From Lachnospiraceae bacterium (GTDB lineage: Bacteria > Bacillota > Clostridia > Lachnospirales > Lachnospiraceae): 32,000 nucleotides of DNA. The stretch spans positions 1 through 32,000 of the forward strand of contig JAZSEY010000015.1 of the NCBI GenBank assembly GCA_045531905.1, written 5' to 3'. Every line of letters starts with the position of its first letter. Positions within the stretch are counted from its first letter, which is position 1. Below are positions 24,807 to 32,000 of the stretch, in pieces. The position numbers were made by a program, and so were the translations under genes. The notes below the pieces were generated by a model. The model ran no database searches. It was not told the origin of the DNA and saw only the letters and a list, made by a program, of their open reading frames with translations.

Positions 24807-25373
24807 TTAGTCATCAGAAACCTGCTTATTGATGAAATAATACAAACAATAACCTATAACTGTTCCTAATACATTTAAAATGACATCGTCAATATCTACA
24901 CTTCTACCAATAAATATCTGTACAATCTCAATTAAGATTGATAATGCCAATCCACACACACAGACATTTCTACCATTCACACGATAAACAAATGGAAGTA
25001 ATAACCCTATCGGAACAAACAAACCGATATTCGCCAGCAAATTTAACTCGGATACAGTTTGCCATTCAGAAATGGAACCATTATCAAATAAATATGCGGT
25101 AATTGTTTTAAACGGAATGAAATTAACTGCTTCGTTGCCATATTTATTTACCTGAAAATAAAACTTTCCATCACAAAATCCACATTGCCAAAGAGGTAAT
25201 ATTGTCTGCGATAATAGCACAAAAATGTATATCCACAACACCCCCATCCATATCTCTTTTGCCGCGTTGATGGAAATATGTTTTTTCTTTATGTATATAC
25301 CTCTAACTATAATATAAATAAAAGCAAACGCAATCCCATAGAAAAAGGCTTCTCTAATATATCCCAAAATCAT
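24807..25373 (-). CDS. VanZ-like family membrane protein
   Basis: 188 aa, multi-TM, with the characteristic C-terminal SVDIDDVILNVLGTVIGY. The ATG lies 2 nt after the upstream stop (TAATTATG). Confidence 0.75.
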   Translation of the reverse strand: MILGYIREAFFYGIAFAFIYIIVRGIYIKKKHISINAAKEIWMGVLWIYIFVLLSQTILPLWQCGFCDGKFYFQVNKYGNEAVNFIPFKTITAYLFDNGSISEWQTVSELNLLANIGLFVPIGLLLPFVYRVNGRNVCVCGLALSILIEIVQIFIGRSVDIDDVILNVLGTVIGYCLYYFINKQVSDD

Positions 25374-25375
25374 AA

Positions 25376-26479
25376 TTATTCTTCGTACTCTTCATATTCC
25401 TCTTCTTCGTCTTCTTCCGTATATCCACCGAAGCTCTTTAAGAAGCCAAACTCTTCAAGTTCTGCCTCCTGTGCCGCTTTCATTTCATAATAGAAATCCA
25501 CTTTCTCCTTCCAGACAGAAGCGAAAGCCTCATCATTTCTGTGGTCTTCTAAACCAAAGTTTTCCACCAGATATGCGCCCAAATGCTTTGCCAATTTTTC
25601 CGCGCCGGAAAGGTTCATGTGCAAGCCTGCATCATAGGTATCCGTATTATAATCAATGCCAACCTCTTCTACTAATTCTAAGTAGTTAATATATGGCAAG
25701 TCATACTCGGCGGCATAAGCCTCAATCTGCTCCTCGTACTCATCATACCAGACAGGAGATGTACTAGGTGCTTTGATTAGTACGAGCTGTGTTCCATGTT
25801 CTTCGCAAAGAATACGCATTTTATCCAGGTAATACCACGCATTATCACCAAAAGTATAATCCTCTGGTTTTTCCTCTTCCCACTCTACTTCACCTACCGG
25901 CAACACATCTGCACGCATGTAATATCCATTATGTGTTACTTTTCGCTTATTGAAATAGTAAGTAAAATCACTCTCTGTCAATTGGGTAATTCTACTGTGG
26001 AAACGAAGCAACGGAAATACATAATCCAACATATTTTCATTTGGCATCATGGAAGCCTTGATTGCATTGTACTTTGACTGCGACCACTGCATACCGTCCA
26101 AATTCATTCGGTTATAACCTTCCTGCTGAGGCTCATTGTACTTCATAGATAGTACATTAAACACTGCCACCTTTGGGGATTCCTTTTTCAAGGTCTCTTC
26201 TAATAGGTAATAAGACTGCCAAATCAATTGCTGTGCGCTACCTCTCAGATAAGAGGTAACACCATATTCCTCCCACATGGTAATAGGACTGAAATTCTCA
26301 TATATTTCGCAATCTCCCACCATAATCACGTCATGGTTTGTAGTCTCATCATAATACTCTTCAATGAAAGATCCTTCCAAAATATCATCCATATATTTTG
26401 GTGTTACCAATCGCTGCAACCCAAACAACATCACAATAAAGAGCGCTACAGCAACTACACGAATTATATTCTTTTTCAT
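25376..26479 (-). CDS. SGNH/DltD-like accessory protein of an MBOAT O-acyltransferase pair; N-terminal membrane anchor and acidic tail
   Basis: N-terminal TM VVAVALFIVMLFG. Block-I-like VIMVGDCEIYENF. Late DAGLHMNLSGAEKLA resembles SGNH block V. RBS AAGGAGG overlaps the end of the MBOAT gene. The gene order MBOAT then SGNH-like is the standard pairing. Confidence 0.65.
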   Translation of the reverse strand: MKKNIIRVVAVALFIVMLFGLQRLVTPKYMDDILEGSFIEEYYDETTNHDVIMVGDCEIYENFSPITMWEEYGVTSYLRGSAQQLIWQSYYLLEETLKKESPKVAVFNVLSMKYNEPQQEGYNRMNLDGMQWSQSKYNAIKASMMPNENMLDYVFPLLRFHSRITQLTESDFTYYFNKRKVTHNGYYMRADVLPVGEVEWEEEKPEDYTFGDNAWYYLDKMRILCEEHGTQLVLIKAPSTSPVWYDEYEEQIEAYAAEYDLPYINYLELVEEVGIDYNTDTYDAGLHMNLSGAEKLAKHLGAYLVENFGLEDHRNDEAFASVWKEKVDFYYEMKAAQEAELEEFGFLKSFGGYTEEDEEEEYEEYEE

Positions 26480-26491
26480 ACTGTCGCCTCC

Positions 26492-28084
26492 TTAAAATTG
26501 ATTGTAAATAAACTGTGTTGCATCGTATCCAATACTATATGCGCCAAACAAAATGACACAAAGAAGCATCGTTGCATACACCGTATATCTGACAAAGGTT
26601 GGCTTCTGTTCCAACTGCTCTCTGACGCTACCCTTACGTCCAAGCAGGCTCACTATCAGCATAATCACCACACCCACTGTCACAATGATATAATCTGCCA
26701 GTGTCAACTCAAAATAAAGAAACTCTTCTGCATTTAACATAGAAATATCAAAGCTTGTAAAGATACTGAAAAATGCCATAAATACAGTCTTCACATCTGC
26801 ATAGCAGTCGAACAATCGAAGGGAACACATTAACAAAAATGTACGTCCTATCTGAAACATTTTATATCCTGTTGTCTTTCCAATCTTCGGAAACTTTGCA
26901 TGGAATTTATCGTAGAGTGGCTGAAATTCCTGTGAAATCAAGATTACCAAGCCGTTCATCAAGCCCCACACTACAAAGTTCCAGCTGGCACCATGCCAGA
27001 TACCGGTAGCAAACCATGTTACCATGGTTGCAATATAAACCGGCAAACGTTTTGCAACGCCCTTACCAAAATGCTTCTTCGCAAATCCGGTTGTCTTTTG
27101 CATAGATTTGCTGATACTCATTGGATAGAAAATGTAGTCTCTGAACCAGGTTCCCATGGTGATATGCCATCTTCTCCAGTACTCTGCGATATTCTTAGAG
27201 AAGTATGGGCGTTCAAAGTTCTCATTTAACTTCACGCCAAATACCTGTGCAATACCAATTGTAATATCGATACCACCTGTAAAATCAGCATATAATTCAA
27301 TGGCGTAGAAAATCATTCCCACAAGTACAAATGCACCACTGTAATACTCAGGGTCTTCAATAATATATCGCACTGCTACCAACAATCTGTCCGCAATTAC
27401 GAGTTTCTTGAAGAAACCCCAGACAATTCTCTCAAGACCAAGTTTTACCTGATACCAGTTGTATTTATGTTCTGCAAACAGCGTAGGCTCAAGGTCCGCA
27501 TATCTGCTAATAGGTCCCTGCACCAGTTGTGGAAAAAATGATACAAACAACGCAAACTTAAAGAAGTTCTTCTGTGCCTTTACCTTGCCCCAGTACACAT
27601 CCAATAAATAACCAACTGACTGGAATGTATAGAAGGAAATTCCCATTGGTAACAGCCATTCCACAAATGCAATCTCCGTCTCAGAACCGGTAGCTGCCAG
27701 AATACCATTGATATTATGAATCACAAAATTGGTATATTTGATAACGGCAAGAATGCCAATGTTAAACAACAGACAAAGTAGCATGCAAGTCTTTCTCTTA
27801 CTTGCCATCTTACCTTTATATGCCTTCTTTTCCTCTCTGGAAAAATCCTTATGCTCCACCAGATACTGCTCCTGCGCCGCATTTATGCTGTCCATTTTTC
27901 TTGCGAAGAAATATGTTGTGGCTGTTGTTGCCAAAATAAACAACGGATAATATGTACCAGCGCAAAAATAGAATACATAACTGGCAATCAACAACATCAT
28001 CCACTGACATTTTTTTGGAATCAAATAATAAATAGTAAAACACAGCAACATAAATGCTATGAATTCATATGACGTAAATAACAT
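26492..28084 (-). CDS. MBOAT family membrane-bound O-acyltransferase (AlgI/DltB/PatA-like)
   Basis: 530 aa polytopic protein. Signature YWRRWHITMGTWFRDYIFYP with the conserved His, then WHGASWNFVVWG. RBS AGAGGAGAA. Confidence 0.92.
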   Translation of the reverse strand: MLFTSYEFIAFMLLCFTIYYLIPKKCQWMMLLIASYVFYFCAGTYYPLFILATTATTYFFARKMDSINAAQEQYLVEHKDFSREEKKAYKGKMASKRKTCMLLCLLFNIGILAVIKYTNFVIHNINGILAATGSETEIAFVEWLLPMGISFYTFQSVGYLLDVYWGKVKAQKNFFKFALFVSFFPQLVQGPISRYADLEPTLFAEHKYNWYQVKLGLERIVWGFFKKLVIADRLLVAVRYIIEDPEYYSGAFVLVGMIFYAIELYADFTGGIDITIGIAQVFGVKLNENFERPYFSKNIAEYWRRWHITMGTWFRDYIFYPMSISKSMQKTTGFAKKHFGKGVAKRLPVYIATMVTWFATGIWHGASWNFVVWGLMNGLVILISQEFQPLYDKFHAKFPKIGKTTGYKMFQIGRTFLLMCSLRLFDCYADVKTVFMAFFSIFTSFDISMLNAEEFLYFELTLADYIIVTVGVVIMLIVSLLGRKGSVREQLEQKPTFVRYTVYATMLLCVILFGAYSIGYDATQFIYNQF

Positions 28085-28123
28085 GATTTTCTCCTCTTTT
28101 GCGTATTTTTACAAACGTATATC

Positions 28124-28152
28124 ATTATAGTACGGATACACCATTTTCGCAA
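28124..28152 (-). promoter_or_regulatory. Candidate sigma-70 promoter for the MBOAT operon
   Basis: Minus strand TTGCGA (28147-28152), 17 nt, TATAAT (28124-28129). Confidence 0.55.
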
Positions 28153-28195
28153 TGAATTTCTAGGAAAAACCTGCTCATTTCACACTACAAACTAC

Positions 28196-28224
28196 TTGTT
28201 AATTCCATATTAAAATGTTAAAAT
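28196..28224 (+). promoter_or_regulatory. Candidate sigma-70 promoter for the 684-aa transglutaminase-like gene
   Basis: TTGTTA (28196-28201), 17 nt, TAAAAT (28219-28224). Confidence 0.45.
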
Positions 28225-28272
28225 TAGATATTATTGATTTTTGAGAAATTACATTAAGAAAGAGGGAAACTT

Positions 28273-30327
28273 ATGAAGGCAAAGAAGCTACTTTTCGCGC
28301 TAACACTTTTGCTTGTCAGCACATTCATGTTTGGTTATGAGTGGAAGGTGCAGGCGGCAACGACTACCCCCGATGAAGCAGGTAACCTGACTATTACATT
28401 AGATCCTAGTGATTTGGTGTTTATGGATGAGGCGGGCAATCCCGTTGACATTACATCCACTGCATTTTTTACATATGAATATGATACGAACCGTACACTT
28501 CGTTACTCTATTTATTACAATAACGAGGTAGTTGGATATACTTATAGTAATGGTTATACCAAATACTCATTTACTACCAGTTATCTTAAATATAATGCTG
28601 CATCAGGTATTTATGAGTCAACTTACGGCGCATATGATGCCGGAAAGTACCAACTAGTGATTAGTATGGCGGATAATATTATTACAGATTATTCCTCATA
28701 CCCATATAAGACAACAACTACTACGCTAGGTTCAGATATTTGTATTCCATTCGAGATTTTACCAAAGAACATCGCTGATGCTGACATGATGTTAGAATCC
28801 AGTGAATACGAAGACTACTTTACATATACCGGCAACGAGCGTTACTGGCGCATTTCCTTGAAAGCACCATATACAGACTATTACTGGGGAGCAGGCTATC
28901 ACACATTAACCCCAAGCATAACTTTTAGCTGGGAAGAAACCATCGATGAAAACGGTAATGAAGTTTGGAAATATGTGCCAAAGGACAACACTACCTACGA
29001 CTACATCATCCAGTATAGCAACAACATCATGCCGGGTATGGCAACCATTACCATGACTGGTGTTGGCAATTACACAGGTACAAGAACATACAACTTTACA
29101 ATTAAGGCTTCCCTATCAGACTGTACCTTCAGTGAAGTAAAGAACTACCAGTATACAGGAAAGAAAATTAGTCCTGCAGTAACTGCCAGCTTAGCATGTG
29201 CAGCACTTAACACAACATATCAGTTGGTAAAAGACCAGGATTACACTATTACTTACGAAAATAACAAGAAATACGGTGAGGCAAGTATCACTCTCACTGG
29301 TATGGGATATTACGAAGGCACACACACCATTTACTTTGGTATCGTTCCTAAGAAGGTTACTAACATAAAGATTACAAGTCCTAAAGCATTACAGGCAAAG
29401 ATTACATGGAAGACTGTAGCTGGCGCAGATGGATATTTGATTGAACGTTACAATTCCAAATTAAAAACATACGAGACCATTGGTATTTTAAAGAACAAAA
29501 AGTGGCAGGTATTCTATGACGGTGCTGATACCCTAAAGCACAACAAAACCTATAAGTATCGAATTAGCGCATTTGTCATTTCAAAAAATAACAGCGAAAC
29601 CTTATATTACGGAAAAGCTGTTACAAAGAAGGGAAAAGTAACAAAGACCTACAAAGAATTAAACATTCCTATTTTGACGGGTAATGCAGATGTCGACTAT
29701 GCTGCAGAAGTCATTTGCAAGAAAGTAATCAAAAAGGGCATGTCACAACAACAAAAGGTAAAAGCCCTTTACAACTGGGTTGTAAATAACTGTGATCATG
29801 ATAAGGATTACGCTAGTCACAAATTAGTATATAAATATTCGAAAAACAAAAAGAAGGCAAAAGCCTACGCAAAGAAAATGTGGGAAAAGATCTATACTGG
29901 TAAGGCAGAATGTACCTTTGACGGCGTAGATTATTTCGAATTACAAGATTCATACTACAATGCAACAATGCCATACGGCGACATGGATGGATATGGTCAG
30001 TTCTACCGTGCATATGACTGTTTCCAGACTCATAAAGGTGGTTGTAGTTATATTACCCGACTTTTCAAAGTACTTGTTAACCACGTAGGTATTGAATGTA
30101 CATTGATTGACGGTGCTTACATCAACAGAGACGGAAGCCAGATGTATCACTACTGGTGTTATATCCGTACCAACAAAAAGTACGCTTGGTACGATGTAGA
30201 CGTTGCTACCAGCAACCCAGGCTACCGTTATCACTGGTACAAGCGTAATACTAAATTCTGGAAGACTTGTCATGCATGGGATGAAGAAACCGCAGGAAGA
30301 AAGATTCCAAAAGAATTGAGAAAATAA
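28273..30327 (+). CDS. Secreted protein: beta-sandwich repeats, FN3-like domain, C-terminal transglutaminase-like cysteine protease core
   Basis: Signal peptide ...EWKVQAA. Repeats end in TMTGVGNYTGTRTYNFTIK and TLTGMGYYEGTHTIYFGIVP. FN3-like KITWKTVAGADGYLIERYN...YKYRISAFV. Core Cys in HKGGCSYITRLFKVLVNHVGIE, His/Asp in MYHYWCYIRTNKKYAWYDVDV. Confidence 0.8.
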   Translation: MKAKKLLFALTLLLVSTFMFGYEWKVQAATTTPDEAGNLTITLDPSDLVFMDEAGNPVDITSTAFFTYEYDTNRTLRYSIYYNNEVVGYTYSNGYTKYSFTTSYLKYNAASGIYESTYGAYDAGKYQLVISMADNIITDYSSYPYKTTTTTLGSDICIPFEILPKNIADADMMLESSEYEDYFTYTGNERYWRISLKAPYTDYYWGAGYHTLTPSITFSWEETIDENGNEVWKYVPKDNTTYDYIIQYSNNIMPGMATITMTGVGNYTGTRTYNFTIKASLSDCTFSEVKNYQYTGKKISPAVTASLACAALNTTYQLVKDQDYTITYENNKKYGEASITLTGMGYYEGTHTIYFGIVPKKVTNIKITSPKALQAKITWKTVAGADGYLIERYNSKLKTYETIGILKNKKWQVFYDGADTLKHNKTYKYRISAFVISKNNSETLYYGKAVTKKGKVTKTYKELNIPILTGNADVDYAAEVICKKVIKKGMSQQQKVKALYNWVVNNCDHDKDYASHKLVYKYSKNKKKAKAYAKKMWEKIYTGKAECTFDGVDYFELQDSYYNATMPYGDMDGYGQFYRAYDCFQTHKGGCSYITRLFKVLVNHVGIECTLIDGAYINRDGSQMYHYWCYIRTNKKYAWYDVDVATSNPGYRYHWYKRNTKFWKTCHAWDEETAGRKIPKELRK

Positions 30328-30423
30328 TGTCAGTTCATTTATTTTTAATTTGAAATGTAAACACACATATAGTAAAATAATATACAAAGATTTTGAACGA
30401 AATATAATGGAGAGGATATTGAT

Positions 30424-31179
30424 ATGAGAGATTTTTCAAACATGTTAGACCAAAAGTTTCCTTTTGCAATCTTTGGCATTAACAAACAGGCTGTATACAG
30501 TTATTTAAGAGAAGCTGAATCTGCATACAATGATTTAGTAAAAAAGGTTGCTGAATTAGAGGAAAAGAATGAAAGTGTCGCTAAACTCAATCAAGACACA
30601 CAGCTTAAGTTTTACAACCTTCAAAAGGAGATTGACGAATCAAAAGAACAGCTTAGAAAGGCTAATAATCGTATCAGAGATTTGGAACACGATTTAATGG
30701 TTGCTTCTGGCAAAAAAGTAAGCACTGTCATGAAGGAGGAGCCTGCAAGCATCTATCCTGAAGACGAAGAAGACGAAAAGATTGCTACTATTGCTGTAGA
30801 AGAAGCTCCTGCAGAGACCACTGAGGAAGTTGCAGAAGAAACCGAAACTACTGAAGAGGCTCCTGTGGAAACCGCAGAAGATACAGTAGAAGAAACATCT
30901 GAAGAAGTGACAGAAGATGTTGTAGAAGAGACCCCTGTAGAACCTGCTGAGGCAGCTCCTGTAGAAGTTGCTGAAGAGGAAACTCCTGCGGAAACAACCG
31001 AAGAAGTAGTAGAAGAGGCTCCTGTTGAAGAACCAAAGAAAGAACCTTTCAGTTTTGCCTTTGAAGATGACGATGAAGATGAAGTATTCGTCGGCGATGT
31101 AGAAGATAACGTAAAGGTTGGCAATGCATTCCGCATTGGTAACGATGACGACCCAGATGAGGGATTCGATTTCTTATAA
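30424..31179 (+). CDS. DivIVA-like coiled-coil protein with a long acidic E/T/V/A/P repeat tail
   Basis: The N-terminus FPFAIFGINKQAVYSYL resembles the DivIVA F..x..GY....V..FL motif and is followed by heptad-like coiled coil. Residues ~105-251 are acidic low complexity. RBS GGAGAGG. The coding call is firm; the family call is tentative. Confidence 0.6.
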   Translation: MRDFSNMLDQKFPFAIFGINKQAVYSYLREAESAYNDLVKKVAELEEKNESVAKLNQDTQLKFYNLQKEIDESKEQLRKANNRIRDLEHDLMVASGKKVSTVMKEEPASIYPEDEEDEKIATIAVEEAPAETTEEVAEETETTEEAPVETAEDTVEETSEEVTEDVVEETPVEPAEAAPVEVAEEETPAETTEEVVEEAPVEEPKKEPFSFAFEDDDEDEVFVGDVEDNVKVGNAFRIGNDDDPDEGFDFL

Positions 31180-31190
31180 TAGAGGGTAAC

Positions 31191-31229
31191 AAAAAACTGT
31201 AACAACGAACATGTTGTTACAGTTTTTTT
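31191..31229. terminator. Bidirectional rho-independent terminator (DivIVA-like gene on +, tRNA-Lys on -)
   Basis: aaaaaa-CTGTAACAAC-gaacat-GTTGTTACAG-ttttttt. Confidence 0.8.
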
Positions 31230-31317
31230 ATGGCTAAATATCATATTTATAATCAAAGAAAGCAAAATAAAAAGCCCCAACCCAACAGCTCTTACGTCTG
31301 TCAAACTAGGACTCAAG

Positions 31318-31390
31318 TGCGCCTCCGGGGGCTCGAACCCCGCACACCCTGATTAAGAGTCAGGTGCTCTACCAAATGAGCTAGAGGCGC
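31318..31390 (-). tRNA. tRNA-Lys (anticodon CUU), 73 nt, CCA not encoded
   Basis: The reverse complement folds as a cloverleaf: GCGCCTC/TA/GCTC/ATTTGGTA/GAGC/A/CCTGA/CTCTTAA/TCAGG/GTGTG/CGGGG/TTCGAGC/CCCCG/GAGGCGC/A. The anticodon loop is C-U-CUU-A-A. Confidence 0.9.
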
Positions 31391-31424
31391 TTGTTTTATT
31401 AAGTTTTCCTTAACAACAAAATTG

Positions 31425-31453
31425 ATTATATACTAACCTTCGACAGAATGCAA
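31425..31453 (-). promoter_or_regulatory. Candidate sigma-70 promoter for tRNA-Lys
   Basis: Minus strand TTGCAT (31448-31453), 17 nt, TATAAT (31425-31430). It lies about 35 nt upstream of the tRNA 5' end. Confidence 0.6.
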
Positions 31454-31707
31454 GCACTTTTTTCAAATTTTTTCAATTTGTTTTAATTATATAAATTTTA
31501 TATCAAATTTTGTCTATTTTCCCGTTAGGTCGATTTAAAATGTGTTTTACAGTCTTGTAACTATCTGCCACCCGTATGGTAGTATGATTTACTTTCCTAT
31601 GCGTAAGCATGGTTGCTCTAATCTTATGCTGTATCCGTTTCCTCATCATAGTATACCCTGCTTTTTTTTACTTATACATATACTATGATGAAAAAACATA
31701 TATGACA

Positions 31708-32000
31708 CTACTCTGCTACAGGGATATCTCTATATGCCACCAATCTGCAAATAGGTTTTCCTTCTGCCACAAATTTACTCTCATACTCTGTCATCACGTT
31801 ACCTTCAACAAATTCACTATTGTGTAAATCAAAGGTGTGATTTTCTAAAATCCAGCCTGCCTCCGGAACCTGCTCCAAAGAAAAATCAAATAACGGTCTG
31901 TTATCCGTCTTGAAAATAACTCTGCCCTCTTGCTTTAACAGTTTATGATATCTCTCAAAGAACTGAACAGAGGTTAAGCGACGTTTTGCATGTCTGTCCT
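31708..32000 (-). CDS. trmB: tRNA (guanine46-N7)-methyltransferase, C-terminal part; the 5' end lies beyond the window
   Basis: Hand translation of the minus strand gives ..HAKRRLTSVQFFERYHKLLKQEGRVIFKTDNRPLFDFSLEQVPEAGWILENHTFDLHNSEFVEGNVMTEYESKFVAEGKPICRLVAYR..*. This closely parallels B. subtilis TrmB (KRRLT...FKTDNRGLFEYS...MTEYEEKF). Stop TAG at 31708-31710. It is absent from the ORF track because it runs off the edge. Confidence 0.85.
   Translation of the reverse strand, partial: DRHAKRRLTSVQFFERYHKLLKQEGRVIFKTDNRPLFDFSLEQVPEAGWILENHTFDLHNSEFVEGNVMTEYESKFVAEGKPICRLVAYRDIPVAE

Noticed and set aside
30753-31316. 187-aa Ser-rich minus-strand ORF
   Set aside because: It is an antisense reading of the acidic repeat tail of the DivIVA-like gene, and it runs through the bidirectional terminator.
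31318-31390. tRNA-Lys as the attachment site of an integrated island
   Set aside because: There is no integrase or other mobile-element gene on either side, and I did not spot a direct repeat of the tRNA 3' end elsewhere in the window.
31609-31827. 72-aa plus-strand ORF
   Set aside because: It is an AT-rich intergenic reading that continues antisense into the trmB 3' end, and it has no RBS.
1-32000. CRISPR arrays, restriction-modification or other known defence systems, IS elements, prophage genes
   Set aside because: I saw no regularly spaced direct repeats, and no nuclease, helicase, methylase, transposase or integrase signatures in any ORF. The HD-domain protein and the vWA domain occur alone, without the partner genes that define known defence systems.

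Overview
This is a low-GC Bacillota chromosomal window, Clostridia/Lachnospiraceae-like by gene content and protein style. All calls come from reading the sequence and ORF track by eye; no searches were run. Housekeeping genes: tadA, large Bacillus-type SRP RNA, tatD, rsmA/ksgA, metG behind a Met T-box leader, tRNA-Lys(CUU) and the 3' part of trmB. They are interspersed with many secreted or cell-envelope genes. These include a CBM2-like/vWA/class-3-lipase giant split by one in-frame TAG, a BspA-type LRR protein, a GLUG-repeat protein and two transglutaminase-like proteins. There is also an MBOAT/SGNH-like/VanZ operon, a chemoreceptor, and an AT-rich pair made of an HExxH lipoprotein and a membrane-anchored LuxR regulator. 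I found no CRISPR array, integrase, transposase, prophage or recognisable defence system. The least explained structure is a set of three long imperfect palindromes (364, 166 and 242 nt) in intergenic DNA. They share sequence modules, conserved asymmetric internal loops and compensatory helix changes. Two of them bracket the AT-rich two-gene module. The second notable item is the single in-frame amber codon inside the roughly 1,366-codon secreted lipase gene.
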